Part shown: positions 19,285 to 29,494 of the stretch, piece by piece
Layout of the letters: each line of letters begins with the position of its first letter
How positions within the stretch are numbered: the stretch's first letter is position 1
Assembly: GCA_963675665.1 (NCBI GenBank)
Contig: OY776510.1
Span: 2,592,001-2,656,000, forward strand
Reading direction: 5' to 3'
Source of the DNA: Spirochaetia bacterium
Lineage (GTDB): Bacteria > Spirochaetota > Spirochaetia > UBA9216
Length of the DNA stretch: 64,000 nt
Notes under the pieces: generated by a model
Database searches by the model: none
The model's input: only the letters and a program-made list of their open reading frames with translations
Told to the model about the DNA's origin: nothing
Program-made: the position numbers and the translations under genes

Positions 19285-21198
19285 TTACCAAAAGAGATTA
19301 TTATATCCTTTTCTATCCATTGCAATTCGAAGTCTTTTGCACTTATCCCACCAACTATATATTGGCATCTCTGGAAGATGATGCTCAATTTTTCTCCATA
19401 GATTGTAATCATATCTATTCTTCTTGATTTCCTCATACACAGGGAAAAAGCATATTCTTAGTAATTTGTTAGAAACAATGTATGAGTTACTAATTATTAT
19501 TGGGAAAAAGAAATATGATAATTTTCTCTTTTCTTCGATGGTAAGTGAATAATCATCGATTTCTTCAAGATTATTAACCCAAGGTTCAATACCAGATTCA
19601 AGAATAGTTGAACTATAAGGATCAAGTGATTCTATAATTTTTAAAAAAACTGGCAATTGGATCGTATTTTGATTCTTAATCCAATTCAACGTAATATCAT
19701 GATCTTGCTTGCAAATATTTATCCAGCTTATCTTATTCTGAGCGGAATTGTCTGTAATTATTTTCAGCACAATTGGAACTGAATCAGAGCCAAATAAATC
19801 AAAAACAGCAGAATCTAAAGTTTCATTGCTGTTTACTATGATATTATGTATATATTTAAGCTTTTTATCATAATTCATTTCATCTGCATTTACACAGTTA
19901 AGTATTTCAATTTGAAAATCTTTACCTTTTTGCCAAAGCTTTTTATCAAAGATTAGATCATTATTTAAGGAAACTAAAACATTACAAATGCCAATATCGT
20001 ATTCAGAAAATGTTGATAATTTCTCAACTGTAACAATTTTTGCAAAATGTACTAATATCTTTTCTCCAATCCTATTCAATTCACTAGAAATAAGATCCCT
20101 AAATATAGTACGACATTTTTCAATTTTATTTATAAAAAGATCCTCAATTATATTTTTTATTGTATCAATTGAATAATTGTAGTCTTCTATATTTCTATCA
20201 GTGCATATTGATTTCAACATTGATTCAATTGTGTCTTTAGATAACCAATGTGCAACCGATCCTTCATAAACCTTCTGAATTAAATATATAACAAATTCTC
20301 CACCTGCTTCATTGCCAAAGATTGATAAAATTTCTTTATATAATTCTATAGAATTAATATTTCTGTTAAGAAAAATCTTATTGTATAAATCATATAATTT
20401 AAAGCCTGAATTTTTACTTTTAAGATTAAATTCATTTATGAAAGTGAAAAAATTATTATCTCCAGTAAAATACTGAGATTTCCAGTTTGGGATTAAATCC
20501 ATAAAAGATAAAGCATCATTTATTTGAACCTCATATAGGTTTTTATCAGCTCTTAGAATATGTTTTACAAGTCTTTCTGGCACAGCTTGAATAGAAAAGG
20601 GTTTATTATCAATTTTTCTATTTGATAATGATGCAGTACAAAATGAAAAATTTGAATAAACAGATTTATTTTGGTTTACTAAAAAAGCCCATATTTCTCT
20701 GATAAAATGATTACCAGTGAAAGTTTTAAATATAGCTGGCTTGTTATTGAAATAGTATGAGAATAAAACAATTGCCAGTGAATCATTGTCTAAAAAATCA
20801 TAATCAGAATATGTAATTGAGTTATCATTAACAGAAATTTTTTTTGAATATTGTTCGAACGAGTTATTGTCCATAGGCCTTTGGAATAGTTCTTCTAATA
20901 ATGAATAATTGCTAAAGTATTTAATATCCTCAAAATTAATCAACAGTGTATGGGTCCAAACACATCCTGGTCTTTTCATCTCACTCGCATACCAAGTTTT
21001 TGCTATTGCATAACACCACTCTTCGTTAAGTGGATATCCAGTATAATAAGATAAATAATTATTGCTTACTTCAGAACCAGATAAGTCACTTAAGACTGAC
21101 ATAATCCTAGAAGAACTTTTAGATAATTTAATAGAACTAGATAATAGATGATGTCCATTTGAATAGCCATGTAATGTTTGGTTGATTTCTTTATTCAT
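19285..21198 (-). CDS. GAP1-N1 domain protein (GTPase-associated protein 1)
   Basis: N-terminal QTLHGYSNGHHLLSSS...SDLSG...YYTGYPL...AKTWYASEMKRPGCVWTHTLLI; C-terminal WDKCKRLR. Confidence 0.75.
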   Translation of the reverse strand: MNKEINQTLHGYSNGHHLLSSSIKLSKSSSRIMSVLSDLSGSEVSNNYLSYYTGYPLNEEWCYAIAKTWYASEMKRPGCVWTHTLLINFEDIKYFSNYSLLEELFQRPMDNNSFEQYSKKISVNDNSITYSDYDFLDNDSLAIVLFSYYFNNKPAIFKTFTGNHFIREIWAFLVNQNKSVYSNFSFCTASLSNRKIDNKPFSIQAVPERLVKHILRADKNLYEVQINDALSFMDLIPNWKSQYFTGDNNFFTFINEFNLKSKNSGFKLYDLYNKIFLNRNINSIELYKEILSIFGNEAGGEFVIYLIQKVYEGSVAHWLSKDTIESMLKSICTDRNIEDYNYSIDTIKNIIEDLFINKIEKCRTIFRDLISSELNRIGEKILVHFAKIVTVEKLSTFSEYDIGICNVLVSLNNDLIFDKKLWQKGKDFQIEILNCVNADEMNYDKKLKYIHNIIVNSNETLDSAVFDLFGSDSVPIVLKIITDNSAQNKISWINICKQDHDITLNWIKNQNTIQLPVFLKIIESLDPYSSTILESGIEPWVNNLEEIDDYSLTIEEKRKLSYFFFPIIISNSYIVSNKLLRICFFPVYEEIKKNRYDYNLWRKIEHHLPEMPIYSWWDKCKRLRIAMDRKGYNNLFW

Positions 21199-22037
21199 TC
21201 TGAAACCTTTGTATCGTAAATAAATTGTTGTATTGGTTTAGAAATATCATTGTCCTGTTTCCCATTTGAATCGATTATTTTTATCCTATCGACTGGCTCA
21301 TCAATATCGAGTAAAGTTTGATCATCAAGTTCTCCACCTTGGGCGCTTAATCCAAAATATTGAATTTCATATTTTCTACTGTTGGTTGTAAGAAATTGCC
21401 AAAGTAATGGAAGCTTATCCTTTATAAAGGTTTCCGGTTTAGTTTTATTATTAATATTTAAAACAGTGTCATAGGCAGATACAATTATAAATAATTTAAA
21501 TTGAAAATTTGTTTTTATTTCTAAAACAAATTGAATCAAATCAATTAATTGTACTTGTGCTGGATCTGTTTTTGGATCGCGTTCTACAATGTTTTCAAAA
21601 TCAATATCATCATCATGATTTTTTAGATTTAGCTCAGAAATAAGAGTGGTGTCATTTACTTTTTTGGGGTTGATGAATACAAAGATGCCAGAACTCTTTT
21701 TAATATAGTCAAAATGTTCTTTTTTCATTAAGCGATCTATATACTGTTGTTGAAATGTTTCTCCAGATAGATCAGGGAAGTATAATGTCGATTGTCTATT
21801 TTCATTATCGACTAAAGTAATTGAGATTTCTGATTGTTCAGTATTCGATGTCCTAGGGACAGGCTCTAAATTTGCCCATTTTGTTGCGATTGATGATAGA
21901 TAGCTTTGATCTCCTACCAATTCTCCAAGTTTGAAGTGCTTAGATTGGCCACTATCAAGAAAATAATAAAGTGCTGCTAAAAATGTTGTTTTTCCAGCTT
22001 CTGGTAATCCTAAGATGAAAACACTTTCATTACTCAT
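21195..22037 (-). CDS. TRAFAC-clade GTPase (double-GTPase system, second GTPase)
   Basis: G1 GLPEAGKTT, G3 PDLSGE, G4-like SAYD, G5 SAQG; likely start MSNE at 22037. Confidence 0.8.
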   Translation of the reverse strand: MSNESVFILGLPEAGKTTFLAALYYFLDSGQSKHFKLGELVGDQSYLSSIATKWANLEPVPRTSNTEQSEISITLVDNENRQSTLYFPDLSGETFQQQYIDRLMKKEHFDYIKKSSGIFVFINPKKVNDTTLISELNLKNHDDDIDFENIVERDPKTDPAQVQLIDLIQFVLEIKTNFQFKLFIIVSAYDTVLNINNKTKPETFIKDKLPLLWQFLTTNSRKYEIQYFGLSAQGGELDDQTLLDIDEPVDRIKIIDSNGKQDNDISKPIQQFIYDTKVSE

Positions 22038-23064
22038 ATCTTTTATCCCTATAAGAAAATCTATCAAACTCAGACAGATTTTCAGCTTGAAAAGATTGTG
22101 CTTTGAGTGACCATATTGTATTCTTTACAGGTGCTGTCCAATTTTTTAATAGTTCATTTAATCCTGTACCTATTGCACAATTTTCAGTATCTATAGGCAT
22201 AGCTGCAATATTAAAACATTCTATGCTCAGAAACCGCTCTTGATATTTTTCTCTAATTTCACTTATAAGATTACCTATTTTATTTTTTATAATAGGATCT
22301 TCATTGCTTTTTTCTATAATCAAGTCATATTTTGTTACTATCAAATTTATTTTTGTATTATAGTTAATTAAGCCTGCACCTAAGAACGTGTCAATTAATT
22401 TTTTCCCACTAAAAATCTCACCATTTCGCTTTTGTTTCGTGACTAATAATTCTCCATCAAAGACCACTGCAAAAACAGATGCACTTTTAACAATGCCAAA
22501 ATCTTCCTTAGCCAAGTCTGCATTCCCAATAACTTCCTTGTAATCTTCGCCAGAAAAGTCAGATAAAAGAAAATTGTAGAATTTTTCTCGTTTTTTACAA
22601 AAGATACCAAGATGCAAAATAGCATCAGAGACTCCACGTTGAGTTTTGGGTGGTTTAGGAGATGCTTTCTTCGAAATAATTCTAGCATTAAAAGCTCTTT
22701 GCTCAAATCCTAACAGAGTTTTTGACCAATTAAACAAAAAAGAATCAATTGAGTTTTTCTGGAAGATATGATAAAAAGTTGTAATTAAAGTTGTTTTACC
22801 ACAACCCGATGGGCCTGCTATTATTACAATATCAGTTTTAAATTCTGATGTGATATCGTAAGTTTCTGATTCATTTAGCGCTTTACCAAGAGAAAGCTCA
22901 ATGACACCATCTAATTCTGTTTCTTCAATCTCTATTTCTTTAAAATCTCTATTGTCTTCTTTTTCAATAAGTGATGAATCTTTAATTGAGTCTATAGAGT
23001 CTGAAATCTTAAAACCATCTTCAGAATTGGAACTTATATCTATGTCTTCAACTTCATCTGTCAT
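22030..23064 (-). CDS. TRAFAC-clade GTPase (double-GTPase system, first GTPase)
   Basis: G1 GPSGCGKTT, G3 SDFSGE, G4 TKYD; acidic N-terminal extension. Confidence 0.8.
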   Translation of the reverse strand: MTDEVEDIDISSNSEDGFKISDSIDSIKDSSLIEKEDNRDFKEIEIEETELDGVIELSLGKALNESETYDITSEFKTDIVIIAGPSGCGKTTLITTFYHIFQKNSIDSFLFNWSKTLLGFEQRAFNARIISKKASPKPPKTQRGVSDAILHLGIFCKKREKFYNFLLSDFSGEDYKEVIGNADLAKEDFGIVKSASVFAVVFDGELLVTKQKRNGEIFSGKKLIDTFLGAGLINYNTKINLIVTKYDLIIEKSNEDPIIKNKIGNLISEIREKYQERFLSIECFNIAAMPIDTENCAIGTGLNELLKNWTAPVKNTIWSLKAQSFQAENLSEFDRFSYRDKRYE

Positions 23065-23077
23065 CTCTTAACCTTTG

Positions 23078-24193
23078 TTATTCTGCCATTGCTCTTCTTG
23101 AAAGACATTCAAGATAGAATTGATTTGAAAAATCAAGATACGAATATTTTATTTTATCAATTTTCCGTATAGAATGATTATTAAAAACTTCTTTCCAATT
23201 TGCTCCGTTTGAAACTTGTAGTGAAGAATAGATCGCGTGAAAAATTGGAGTAATATTACCAAATTGTGATGGACTAAAATCTTTTGTCAATTCATGTTTC
23301 CAATCTTTGTCAAGGCCATTAACAGCATCGTATAGAGATAATACTTCATCAGGGGCTTCAATAATCGATTTTAATAATCTGTGTAGAACAGACTGAGCCG
23401 CATATGGACCTGGCATAATAGAAACTAGATCTGAAAGTTCTTTTCCAATTGTAATGGGTATCGACTCTTTTGTTAATTTGGAGAAATGTTTTTCATGATC
23501 TCGACTATATTCTCCTGTAAGCCACCATAAGATTTGGGAATCCTCATAATAAATAAGTTGTTTTTCTTCTTTATTTATTATTTCATTATTAAGACTTGAG
23601 AATAGGTTTTCAATTTTGTCTACAAGTTTCATATTGATACTTTGCCAATTATCATCTCCCCATTCATAATCTATTGGCTCCTCACCTTCTACTGCTGTTT
23701 CTTCAGCTGAAACTTCTGAGATATATTTACGTATATCACTAAAATCAATACTAATGTTTTGCTGATCCTTTAAAGGCATTGATCTGTTTTTACGTGCTGA
23801 ATCTTTGAATGTTTGTAGAATAAAACTGGATATTTCAGGATGTGGTGTCTCTTTGATTAAAAACGACGCAGTAATAAATGGTAAAATAATTTTAAAAGTT
23901 ACTTCTTTAACATTTATCAATTTAGTAAGCGCATAGCCCGCTAACAGTGAAATTTCTTCCTTTTTTCTTCTAGAGAATGCCTGATCATATTCTCTGAAAG
24001 AATCGATAAATATTGAATAGCAGTCTTCATCAATGATATCCATTTGAAAATATAGATGGATCAAATTGATTATTGCTATATCTGATATTGATTCATCTAA
24101 ATATTTCTGAATACCGGAGATTCTGTTTTCAATAAAATCATTATCTATTTTGGGATTTACTTTATAATAGATCTCAGTTAAATCTAATTCCAT
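23078..24193 (-). CDS. GASH-like all-helical GTPase-associated protein
   Basis: EDSQILWWLTGEYSR, GKELSDL...PGP and C-terminal QFYLE motifs; operon position. Confidence 0.65.
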   Translation of the reverse strand: MELDLTEIYYKVNPKIDNDFIENRISGIQKYLDESISDIAIINLIHLYFQMDIIDEDCYSIFIDSFREYDQAFSRRKKEEISLLAGYALTKLINVKEVTFKIILPFITASFLIKETPHPEISSFILQTFKDSARKNRSMPLKDQQNISIDFSDIRKYISEVSAEETAVEGEEPIDYEWGDDNWQSINMKLVDKIENLFSSLNNEIINKEEKQLIYYEDSQILWWLTGEYSRDHEKHFSKLTKESIPITIGKELSDLVSIMPGPYAAQSVLHRLLKSIIEAPDEVLSLYDAVNGLDKDWKHELTKDFSPSQFGNITPIFHAIYSSLQVSNGANWKEVFNNHSIRKIDKIKYSYLDFSNQFYLECLSRRAMAE

Positions 24194-24196
24194 ATC

Positions 24197-25492
24197 TTAC
24201 TCCATTATTTTTATAATTGAATCATGAAAAGATTTGATATCATCTCTATCCCTTAAATCTTCAAGGATACGTTCTATAATTGATTGATGCTCGATACCTT
24301 CATCCGATTCAGTGATCAACCCAAAATCGGAAAGAAGTTTGTGCCTAAGGACATAGGATAAACTAAAAAAATCATATGCTATTTCTCGATCACTTATTGA
24401 TTTTAAATCTGCCATGATATCCTTTTCTACAGTAGTATCATCATCTTCTTCTTTTATGCGTGATTTCTGTTTATTACTTGATTCTATTTTAATACCATTC
24501 TTGCATTGATGCTTTAAAAAAAATTGTTTAAATTCATTGCCTCCACAACTGTTATAATCAGGCTCAAAAGATTGAGAATCTTTCGAAAATAATCGAGGGA
24601 AAACCTTCACTACTAAATTGCTCTTTCCTTCATCGCAAATAGTGGATATTGTAAGCCAATTATATCTTGGAATCCATTCTTTTTCAGAACGACTAGGATG
24701 AGTGGCTCCAGCACCAATGATTAAATTGTCATTAACTATATTGAGACTGTGAACATGCTTATGACCATATAGCTGAATTTTTATCCTTTGATTGATTTTA
24801 TTGATAATTTGATGTCTATCAACAAGGCACTCATGAGGATGATGACATAGTGATAGATATGTAACATTATCTTCGTTCTTTGGGATTTGATTTGCACCAA
24901 TTATCATTCTCCGTTCTAAAGTATCATTATGATTTGAAATAATAACAGAATTCAGCCCAATAATTCTTAAGTATGTGTTGTCGTTCAACGTAAAATCTTC
25001 TGTCCATACTGGTTTATCAACACTGATATTGCAACGAAATAAAGAAGCAAATGAATTGTATGAATGAATATGTTCAAACAGACTATTATTAAAGATAGTA
25101 TCCCTATGATATTTTACTATTTGCTCGTCGATATTCGTAGCGGTTTCAATCTTTTCTTGAATTGTAAGAAAGCCTTCAGAACTCATAGGTATATTTCGAT
25201 CAACATCATGATTTCCTGGTACACAAAATACTTGCGTTTTATTGATTTTCAACTTATCACAGAGTTCAAATAGAAAAACTTTAGCAGTGTCGTACTCAGT
25301 AGAATTAGCACTAAATGAAATATCCCCACAAACAAAGATTGCGTCTGGTGTACCAATTTTTGAAATAACGTTTTGATCTATATCTCTTAATAGCTCATTT
25401 CTTATATCTTCATCCAGATCATGTGGATCTCCACTATTCTTGTCAAAATGAATATCAGCAAGATGAATGAAGGATAGAAAATTTTTGTTCAT
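24197..25492 (-). CDS. Calcineurin-like metallophosphoesterase with a C-terminal adaptor domain (GAAD-like)
   Basis: HLADIH, CGDI, PGNHD, CHHP and GHKH; a linker, then a short helical C-terminal domain (IAYDFFSLSYVLRHKLL). Confidence 0.85.
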   Translation of the reverse strand: MNKNFLSFIHLADIHFDKNSGDPHDLDEDIRNELLRDIDQNVISKIGTPDAIFVCGDISFSANSTEYDTAKVFLFELCDKLKINKTQVFCVPGNHDVDRNIPMSSEGFLTIQEKIETATNIDEQIVKYHRDTIFNNSLFEHIHSYNSFASLFRCNISVDKPVWTEDFTLNDNTYLRIIGLNSVIISNHNDTLERRMIIGANQIPKNEDNVTYLSLCHHPHECLVDRHQIINKINQRIKIQLYGHKHVHSLNIVNDNLIIGAGATHPSRSEKEWIPRYNWLTISTICDEGKSNLVVKVFPRLFSKDSQSFEPDYNSCGGNEFKQFFLKHQCKNGIKIESSNKQKSRIKEEDDDTTVEKDIMADLKSISDREIAYDFFSLSYVLRHKLLSDFGLITESDEGIEHQSIIERILEDLRDRDDIKSFHDSIIKIME

Positions 25493-25800
25493 GTTAACCT
25501 TTACAAATGTTTAATAATGCAAAATTAAATAGACTTGTATCTCTTCAATCTAATTTTATCATGGGGAGGATCAACCAACAACAATAATTATTGAATAAAT
25601 AGTTTTTTGCTCAATCAATACTATAATTTTAGTCACTTCTATTGGAATCAAAAACAAAACAGTAATTCTATTGTCATTATTAATTGTGAACAATTTGTAA
25701 GCAAAAAATCTGGAATATAAAAGAAAAGCTTTGAAACATTAAGCAGAAGAATTAGCATAAATATCCATATAGTATAGAATAAAGAAAACCGAGGAAAAGT

Positions 25801-25852
25801 GCGTACATGTCTGGGGGACATGGGGTCGGCAGTTCAAATCTGCCCAGCCCGA
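25801..25852 (+). repeat. attR: exact copy of the tRNA-Pro 3' 52 nt
   Basis: GCGTACATGTCTGGGGGACATGGGGTCGGCAGTTCAAATCTGCCCAGCCCGA, identical to 9144-9195. Confidence 0.95.
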
Positions 25853-25859
25853 AAAAAAC

Positions 25860-25901
25860 AAGGAGGGTTAGCTGTTTTTAATGACAGTTAATCCTTTTTT
25901 T
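25860..25901 (+). terminator. Intrinsic terminator after the tRNA remnant
   Basis: Stem AGGAGGGTTAGCTGT/ACAGTTAATCCTTTT followed by a T run. Confidence 0.55.
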
Positions 25902-26042
25902 AATTAATACGGCAGATTTGAACATGCTGTTCGGGGGCCTGATGAGTTACTGATTAATAAGGCTGAAAGGGCTTATATTGATGAAGTTTGGCGCAGACAA
26001 ACTTCAGAGCAATGGGCTTTTTGGAGAAAAGGCTGTTGCTCC

Positions 26043-26090
26043 ATCTGCCCCAGCCCGATACATTTAAAATGTTATAGGGTAATGATTTAA
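26043..26090 (+). repeat. Degenerate att-like tRNA-Pro 3' remnant before the second integrase
   Basis: ATCTGCCCCAGCCCGA...GTAATGATTTAA resembles 9181-9224 (ATCTGCCCAGCCCGA...GTAACGATTTAA); both lie about 125-130 bp before an integrase start. Confidence 0.65.
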
Positions 26091-26187
26091 AAATAGCAAC
26101 AATTTGCCTTATATAGTAAATTTGGCATGTGTAGCACGTTTTGTAGCATAAAACTGTACTTCCAATACACAATATCGGAGGCAGATT

Positions 26188-27297
26188 ATGCAGAAAAAAC
26201 CCTATTCATTATGGAAAAGGCGCCTCAATTCGGGGCGCTTTGTCTATTATGTACGTTTCAGGCTTGAAAACGGAGCCTGGAGCACCGCAAAAAGTTCAGG
26301 TCAAACCAAAAAAACTACGGCTGAAGCCTGGGCAATCGAATACCTTAAATCAGGTCAAATAGTACTAAAAGAAAACATTCGCTTCAGTGATTTTGCGGAC
26401 GGATTCTTTGACTATGACGGCCCATTCATCAAATCCCAGCTTTACCGGGGTAAGACCATCGGCCGGCGGCATGCTGAAAACCAGAATGCCGAGGTTAAGA
26501 ATCACCTTACTCCTGTCATCGGAGATCTCAAACTCTCAAAGATCGACAGCGAGGTTATTGAGGAGCTTGTAATCGGAATGTCCGCGGCCGGTAAGGCCTC
26601 CGGTACTATTAATCATGTTCTGATTACCTTGCGGACAATCCTCCAGTATGCCTATAAGAAAAAGTACATACAACACATGCCGATAATTGAGATGATTCCG
26701 AGAAAACAGAAGGACCGCGGAATACTGAGTGTGGAAGAGGTAAAGGCTTTCTTCGCCCAGGAGTGGGCCGATAAGCGTTACTATGCCTTCAACCTCATAG
26801 CGGCCACCACAGGCATGCGTATGGGTGAAATAAGGGCCCTGCAGCGAAAAGCAGTCTTCGATGATTATCTTGATGTCTCAGTCTCCTGGGAGAAGGGGCA
26901 CGGACTAAAGTGTACCAAGACCGGCCGAAGCAGGTATATCCCGATACCTAAACGGACAAAGACGGCCCTTGAAGATGTAATGCTTATGACACCGTTTAAG
27001 GAACCCGAAGATTTTGTTTTTGTCGGTCGCAAGCGCGAAGCGCCCCTTGATACCCACATCATCCAGTTAAACTATTATAAAGCACTAAAAGGCATAGGCA
27101 TTGATAAAGAGGCCAGGCAGACCCGGAATATAACCTTTCATTCCTGGCGGCACTTTTTCAACTCGCTGCTTATTAACTCAAGGGTGCCTATCCCTAAGGT
27201 GCAAACTATCACCGGGCATTCAACCGATCGCATGACCGAGAACTACTTTCACGCGGACGAATATTCGGATGTTTTAAAGATTGCCGGGGAGATTTGA
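26188..27297 (+). CDS. Tyrosine recombinase/integrase (island 2)
   Basis: TGMRMGEIRAL, TKTGRSR, FHSWRH, ITGH..NY; homologous to the 9320 integrase. Confidence 0.95.
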   Translation: MQKKPYSLWKRRLNSGRFVYYVRFRLENGAWSTAKSSGQTKKTTAEAWAIEYLKSGQIVLKENIRFSDFADGFFDYDGPFIKSQLYRGKTIGRRHAENQNAEVKNHLTPVIGDLKLSKIDSEVIEELVIGMSAAGKASGTINHVLITLRTILQYAYKKKYIQHMPIIEMIPRKQKDRGILSVEEVKAFFAQEWADKRYYAFNLIAATTGMRMGEIRALQRKAVFDDYLDVSVSWEKGHGLKCTKTGRSRYIPIPKRTKTALEDVMLMTPFKEPEDFVFVGRKREAPLDTHIIQLNYYKALKGIGIDKEARQTRNITFHSWRHFFNSLLINSRVPIPKVQTITGHSTDRMTENYFHADEYSDVLKIAGEI

Positions 27298-27325
27298 TCT
27301 GGCTAAGTCGCGGTTTAACTATTGC

Positions 27326-27419
27326 CCTATTTGCATACTATAGGTATGCAAATAGGGTGAAATGTAAACTTGACAGTTGGTTTACATTTGCTCTATAATG
27401 CATAGTATAGGTATGCAAA
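27326..27419 (+). promoter_or_regulatory. abiE promoter with inverted-repeat operators
   Basis: CCCTATTTGCATAC-TATAG-GTATGCAAATAGGG palindrome; TTGACA(27370)-18-TATAAT(27394); second TGCATA..TATGCA site. Confidence 0.75.
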
Positions 27420-27440
27420 AATGGAGTAAGGTAAACCAGG

Positions 27441-28211
27441 ATGGCAGAATTATCTTTGGACAAAGTTTTAAATGAAGGGATAGTCGTGGATCGCAGATGG
27501 CTAAGCTCAAAAGGATTTGAGCGTACTGCTGTTGATTATTATGTCAGGGCAGGCAAGCTTATAGCCTGTGGGTATGGTGCTTACCGTAAACCGGGTCCGC
27601 CTTTGAAATGGCAAAACATAGTATATTCATTGGGACGACTCGGTGTGGAGCTGCATGTCGGAAACATATCAGCACTGTCATATAACGGATATGAACATTT
27701 TCTCCATCTGAATGCGGCAAAGGAGATCACTGTATACAGTCAGCAGCAACTGCCTTCCTGGACCATGGGCCTTTCAGATGTTTCTTTTAAACGGGTTGCT
27801 AATAATCCTTTTGAAACGGATACAAAAGTAGGATTAGAGTATGTTCCATTCGGGACCTGGGATTGGCCCATACCGTATGCTTCTACAGAAAGAGCTTTTG
27901 TAGAATTATTCAGCTCATTAAAAACAAGCGATGATATAAGGTCGGCGATGATGATGTTTGAAAGTGCCGCAACTTTGCGCCCCAAAACAATACAGATCTT
28001 GCTTGAAGAATGTAAGCAAGTAAAAGCGAAGCGTCTTTTCCTTTGGATGGGGAAACAATTGAAACATTCCTGGTATGAATTGATAGATCAGAAAAGAATC
28101 GACCTCGGAACAGGGAAGAGGCAAATAATAAAAAACGGTGTCTTGGATAAAGAGTTTCTAATCACTGTACCTAAGGAGTTGTCTCATGGACAGGCAGAAC
28201 CCCTATTTTAA
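27441..28211 (+). CDS. abiEi: Type IV TA antitoxin, AbiEi family
   Basis: wHTH N-terminus, STERAFVEL, LLEECKQVKAKRLFL, IDLGTGKR. Confidence 0.88.
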   Translation: MAELSLDKVLNEGIVVDRRWLSSKGFERTAVDYYVRAGKLIACGYGAYRKPGPPLKWQNIVYSLGRLGVELHVGNISALSYNGYEHFLHLNAAKEITVYSQQQLPSWTMGLSDVSFKRVANNPFETDTKVGLEYVPFGTWDWPIPYASTERAFVELFSSLKTSDDIRSAMMMFESAATLRPKTIQILLEECKQVKAKRLFLWMGKQLKHSWYELIDQKRIDLGTGKRQIIKNGVLDKEFLITVPKELSHGQAEPLF

Positions 28212-29100
28212 TCAAGTTAGATTGCTGGTGAATGTATTGCCGGCAATCGCTGAATCAACATGTTTCGCATTAAAGGGCGGTACCGCTATAAACCTATTTT
28301 TAAGAAATGTTCCTCGCTTATCGGTTGATATAGATCTTGTGTATGTTCTGATTAAAGAAAGAGATTTTTCTCTAAATGAGATTACTGATGAGCTTTTAAA
28401 AATCGCATCACGAATAAAGAAGATCATCCCTAATGCTGAAATCCAATACTCATACATTAATAAAACAAAATTTATAACAAAATTACTCGTTAGAAGTGAA
28501 CGCTCCATAGTGAAAATTGAGCTCTCTCCAGTTCTGCGCGGAACTGTCTACGAGCCTAAGACGAAAAGAATATCCCGGGATGCTGAGGAGCTATTTGGGT
28601 TTGCTGAGGTGCCGGTTGTTTCATTTGAAGATTTATTTGCCGGTAAAATTATTGCTGCTTTGGATAGGCAACATCCACGGGATCTCTTTGATATCAAGTT
28701 TCTACTTCAATCTGAGGGTATAACGCATTCGTTAAAAGAAGCATTTATTGTTTATCTCATTTCACATAATCGTAGGTTTATAGAAATCCTGAATCCGTCA
28801 TTGCTGAATTTATCACAATTATATCAAAATGAATTTACAGGAATGACGAACGAGAAGATAAGTATTGAAGAACTTGAATTGGTCAGAACTGAACTCATAG
28901 AAAAAGTGAATGGATTACTTGAAGATGAGGATAAAACATTTTTGATTAATTTTAAAAAAGGGAATCCGGATTGGGATTATTTCTCTGTACCACATATCAG
29001 GGAACTCCCGGCAGTAAAGTGGAAGTTGAATAACTTGCAGCAAATGGATAGTGCCGAAAGGTCAAAGATGATCCAAAATCTAATAGATTTTTTTAGTTAA
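28186..29100 (+). CDS. abiEii: Type IV TA toxin, AbiEii nucleotidyltransferase
   Basis: FALKGGTAINLF..PRLSVDIDL, GKIIAALDRQHPRDLFD. Confidence 0.92.
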   Translation: MDRQNPYFNQVRLLVNVLPAIAESTCFALKGGTAINLFLRNVPRLSVDIDLVYVLIKERDFSLNEITDELLKIASRIKKIIPNAEIQYSYINKTKFITKLLVRSERSIVKIELSPVLRGTVYEPKTKRISRDAEELFGFAEVPVVSFEDLFAGKIIAALDRQHPRDLFDIKFLLQSEGITHSLKEAFIVYLISHNRRFIEILNPSLLNLSQLYQNEFTGMTNEKISIEELELVRTELIEKVNGLLEDEDKTFLINFKKGNPDWDYFSVPHIRELPAVKWKLNNLQQMDSAERSKMIQNLIDFFS

Positions 29101-29271
29101 TAGATTTTACAGTATCAGCCTCCCTCCCTATAAATACCTTGCTCCCGTAATACAATGGACGTACACTATTTCATTAAACTAATAGGAGGAATGATAAAAT
29201 AAACCTCTGATATGATGTGACCCATGTCAAGTTAAAATATCCAGGTTTTATCTATAAGATCCCCCCCCTGT

Positions 29272-29470
29272 CCAGGACAGGAAGAAAGATAGAACAACGT
29301 TTATGCGGCGATAGACCACTCTGATATTCGCGGATTGGTTACCGCAGGTCAATGGGATCGTCGGGAGCTGCCTCTGTCTAAAACCGAGGATCAATATTAT
29401 TATTGCCTCATAGAGGTGCCGAGGGTTCTCCTTTATCACTGTTGTTGTTCTATCCATCCTTCTGTCCTGG
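29272..29470 (-). ncRNA. Putative bridge/seekRNA of the IS1111-type element
   Basis: Closed by a long stem (CCAGGACAG..GATAGAACAAC / GTTGTTCTATC..CTGTCCTGG); internal 6-8-mers match the reconstructed target and donor junctions. Confidence 0.65.
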
Positions 29471-29494
29471 TAGCTTATTAACCAACTATCGAAG

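Larger units (their letters stand above)
9196..25852. mobile_element. Integrative element / genomic island 1 at tRNA-Pro
   Basis: 52-bp direct repeat (9144-9195 = 25801-25852), integrase next to attL, xis and rep genes, and a visibly AT-rich interior relative to the flanks. Confidence 0.92.

Noticed and set aside
25801-25852. Second tRNA-Pro gene
   Set aside because: It lacks the 5' 22 nt (acceptor 5' strand and most of the D-arm), so it is the att duplication.
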